A stretch of 64,000 nucleotides of DNA from Octopus vulgaris (taxonomy: Eukaryota). Below the pieces are notes generated by a model, which ran no database searches, was not told the DNA's origin, and was given only the letters and a program-made list of their open reading frames with translations. The stretch is taken from assembly GCA_951406725.2 (NCBI GenBank), contig OX597835.1, positions 1,302,001 through 1,366,000 on the forward strand, given 5' to 3'. The position numbers and the translations under genes were made by a program. Below, piece by piece: positions 62,431-64,000 of the stretch (within the stretch, counting starts at the first letter, position 1; every line of letters begins with the position of its first letter).

Positions 62431-64000
62431 AGAGTGTGACTCAAACTTTCGATTTTGGATTTTTGTTACAAAAAATGAATTGTTTACATGAACTGAGCAA
62501 CAGTTTGCTTTTTATGTGTAATTTTTTTGGAAAAAACCCCCAAAAAACCATTTCCTTGAGGATTTTACTTTGTATATTGCTTACATGCCTGTTCCAACAT
62601 TTCACATGGCTTTATTCATTAAAACTTCCATGGTCATGATGTTTTGTCTAATGTTGTCATAGACAGTTATCATGCACAAAATGCCAGCTTCCAAATCCTG
62701 TATTTTGATTGAGTAAAAATAATAGAACTAAACCTCTGTAGCATTTTACTAAAATTTCTCTGGAACAAGTGGATAACAAAATCAGATTCAGTGTGAAAAA
62801 TGTACATTAATATACCAAATTAGAAAATTTTCACTTGATTTTAAGATTTCAAAAGCTGTGAGTGAAACAAAAATGATCCTTTCCATTTGTAAATTTAAAT
62901 ACACTTCTACCTCTCACATTTTATAGATATGCTATTCATACAGGCATTTGAAGACAGACATCTTTTGAAGATGGTCTCACAAAACAAACAAACTGTTTGG
63001 TAATTTCTGTAAAATTAAATTTTTTTTTTCAGCTCACACAAACCTATACATACACAAAAATGTATACATGCAGATAAAGATATACATAAACATAAGCGAT
63101 TTGTGAAAACATAAAACATGTATGTGTGAGGGTGTGTTTCATTGTTCAAATCACTGGTGGACACAAAAGAAGAGTATGCGACTGTTTTTCACTGTTCAGT
63201 TACAGTTTTGGCACATCTGTCTCCCAAGGATCGCCTCTGAATTTAGGTGCTTGGTTACAAATTAATGGGGAAGGTATATAGCTGACTTAAATCAACTGCA
63301 GCACAGTACTTGTACTTTTTACCAATCTCAGAAGAATAAAGCAAATACTTGTATTTGCTTTGTTCCTCTGAGATCAATATTTTCTAGTTGGGATTTGAAC
63401 TCAATATAAAAGTACATATCTGAATTCTGCACAATGTTTTGGCTTTATGATTGAAAGAAAGGGTGGGGCGAGGGAGAAAGTATGGCGTGGCAGCAATGCC
63501 TTTGCCAAAGTCATTTGCAGTGAAAAAGAAGTCAAATAGTTTTAACTGCACACTGAAACCGCATAACGGTCTTGGCACAAACCCAAGTTTGAAAAAAGAG
63601 AGATAAGAGTACAAGAGAAGGACTTGAAATATAAAAATAGAAATTCTTACAATACAGGTGACAACTGAGGTTTCAAATGACAGGAATTCAAAAATAACAA
63701 AAGTTATATAGGGGATTATTCTATAATAAAAGGATTCTCAAACATTCTTAATCTATGGACCCCTTTAAGTTATTATTTTATTCTGGTGGACCCTCATAAT
63801 AATTCAACTAGATTTATAGAAACATCTTTCAAAATTCCTTTTTTTCCATTCACGAACTTGTGTAGGTTAAAACTATGTAAAATGTTTGAGAAAGAAACCT
63901 TGCTGTTTCTTGCAATACGTACCAATACCTACGTCTAAAGCAACATTTTTCATGGACCTTTTTAAAGTACTATTGTGGATTCCCAATTTAGTATGTTGTT

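Noticed and set aside
63384-63614. Candidate first exon of VBP1
   Set aside because: No GIPxAxF motif and no suitable phase-0 donor; partly SINE-derived

Overview
AT-rich, microsatellite-dense eukaryotic DNA. The repeat families suggest a cephalopod, probably Octopus (inference). Three protein-coding genes are supported. (1) The first three coding exons of a UBE2Q-like ubiquitin-conjugating enzyme (- strand, 21-kb first intron, continuing off the left edge). (2) An intronless 576-aa DNA polymerase lambda (BRCT + PolX, + strand), head-to-head with a tRNA-Ser(AGA) gene and carrying HFTGS where mammalian Pol lambda has YFTGS. (3) Five exons of prefoldin subunit 3/VBP1 (- strand, first exon not found in the window), whose last intron has U12 minor-spliceosome signals. 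The rest is decayed mobile DNA: RTE LINEs and their 3' ends, tRNA-derived SINEs, Penelope-like elements, Helitrons, Gypsy, Tc1/mariner, Merlin, Chapaev-like and CRE fragments. The most unusual signal is a cluster of minimal type-I hammerhead ribozyme motifs from several sequence families. It includes an intact pair in a perfect 153-bp inverted repeat (35271-35868) and two same-strand motifs flanking a 1.7-kb internally duplicated AT-rich tract (31864-33583). All calls were read by eye with no database searches, so mobile-element boundaries are approximate.
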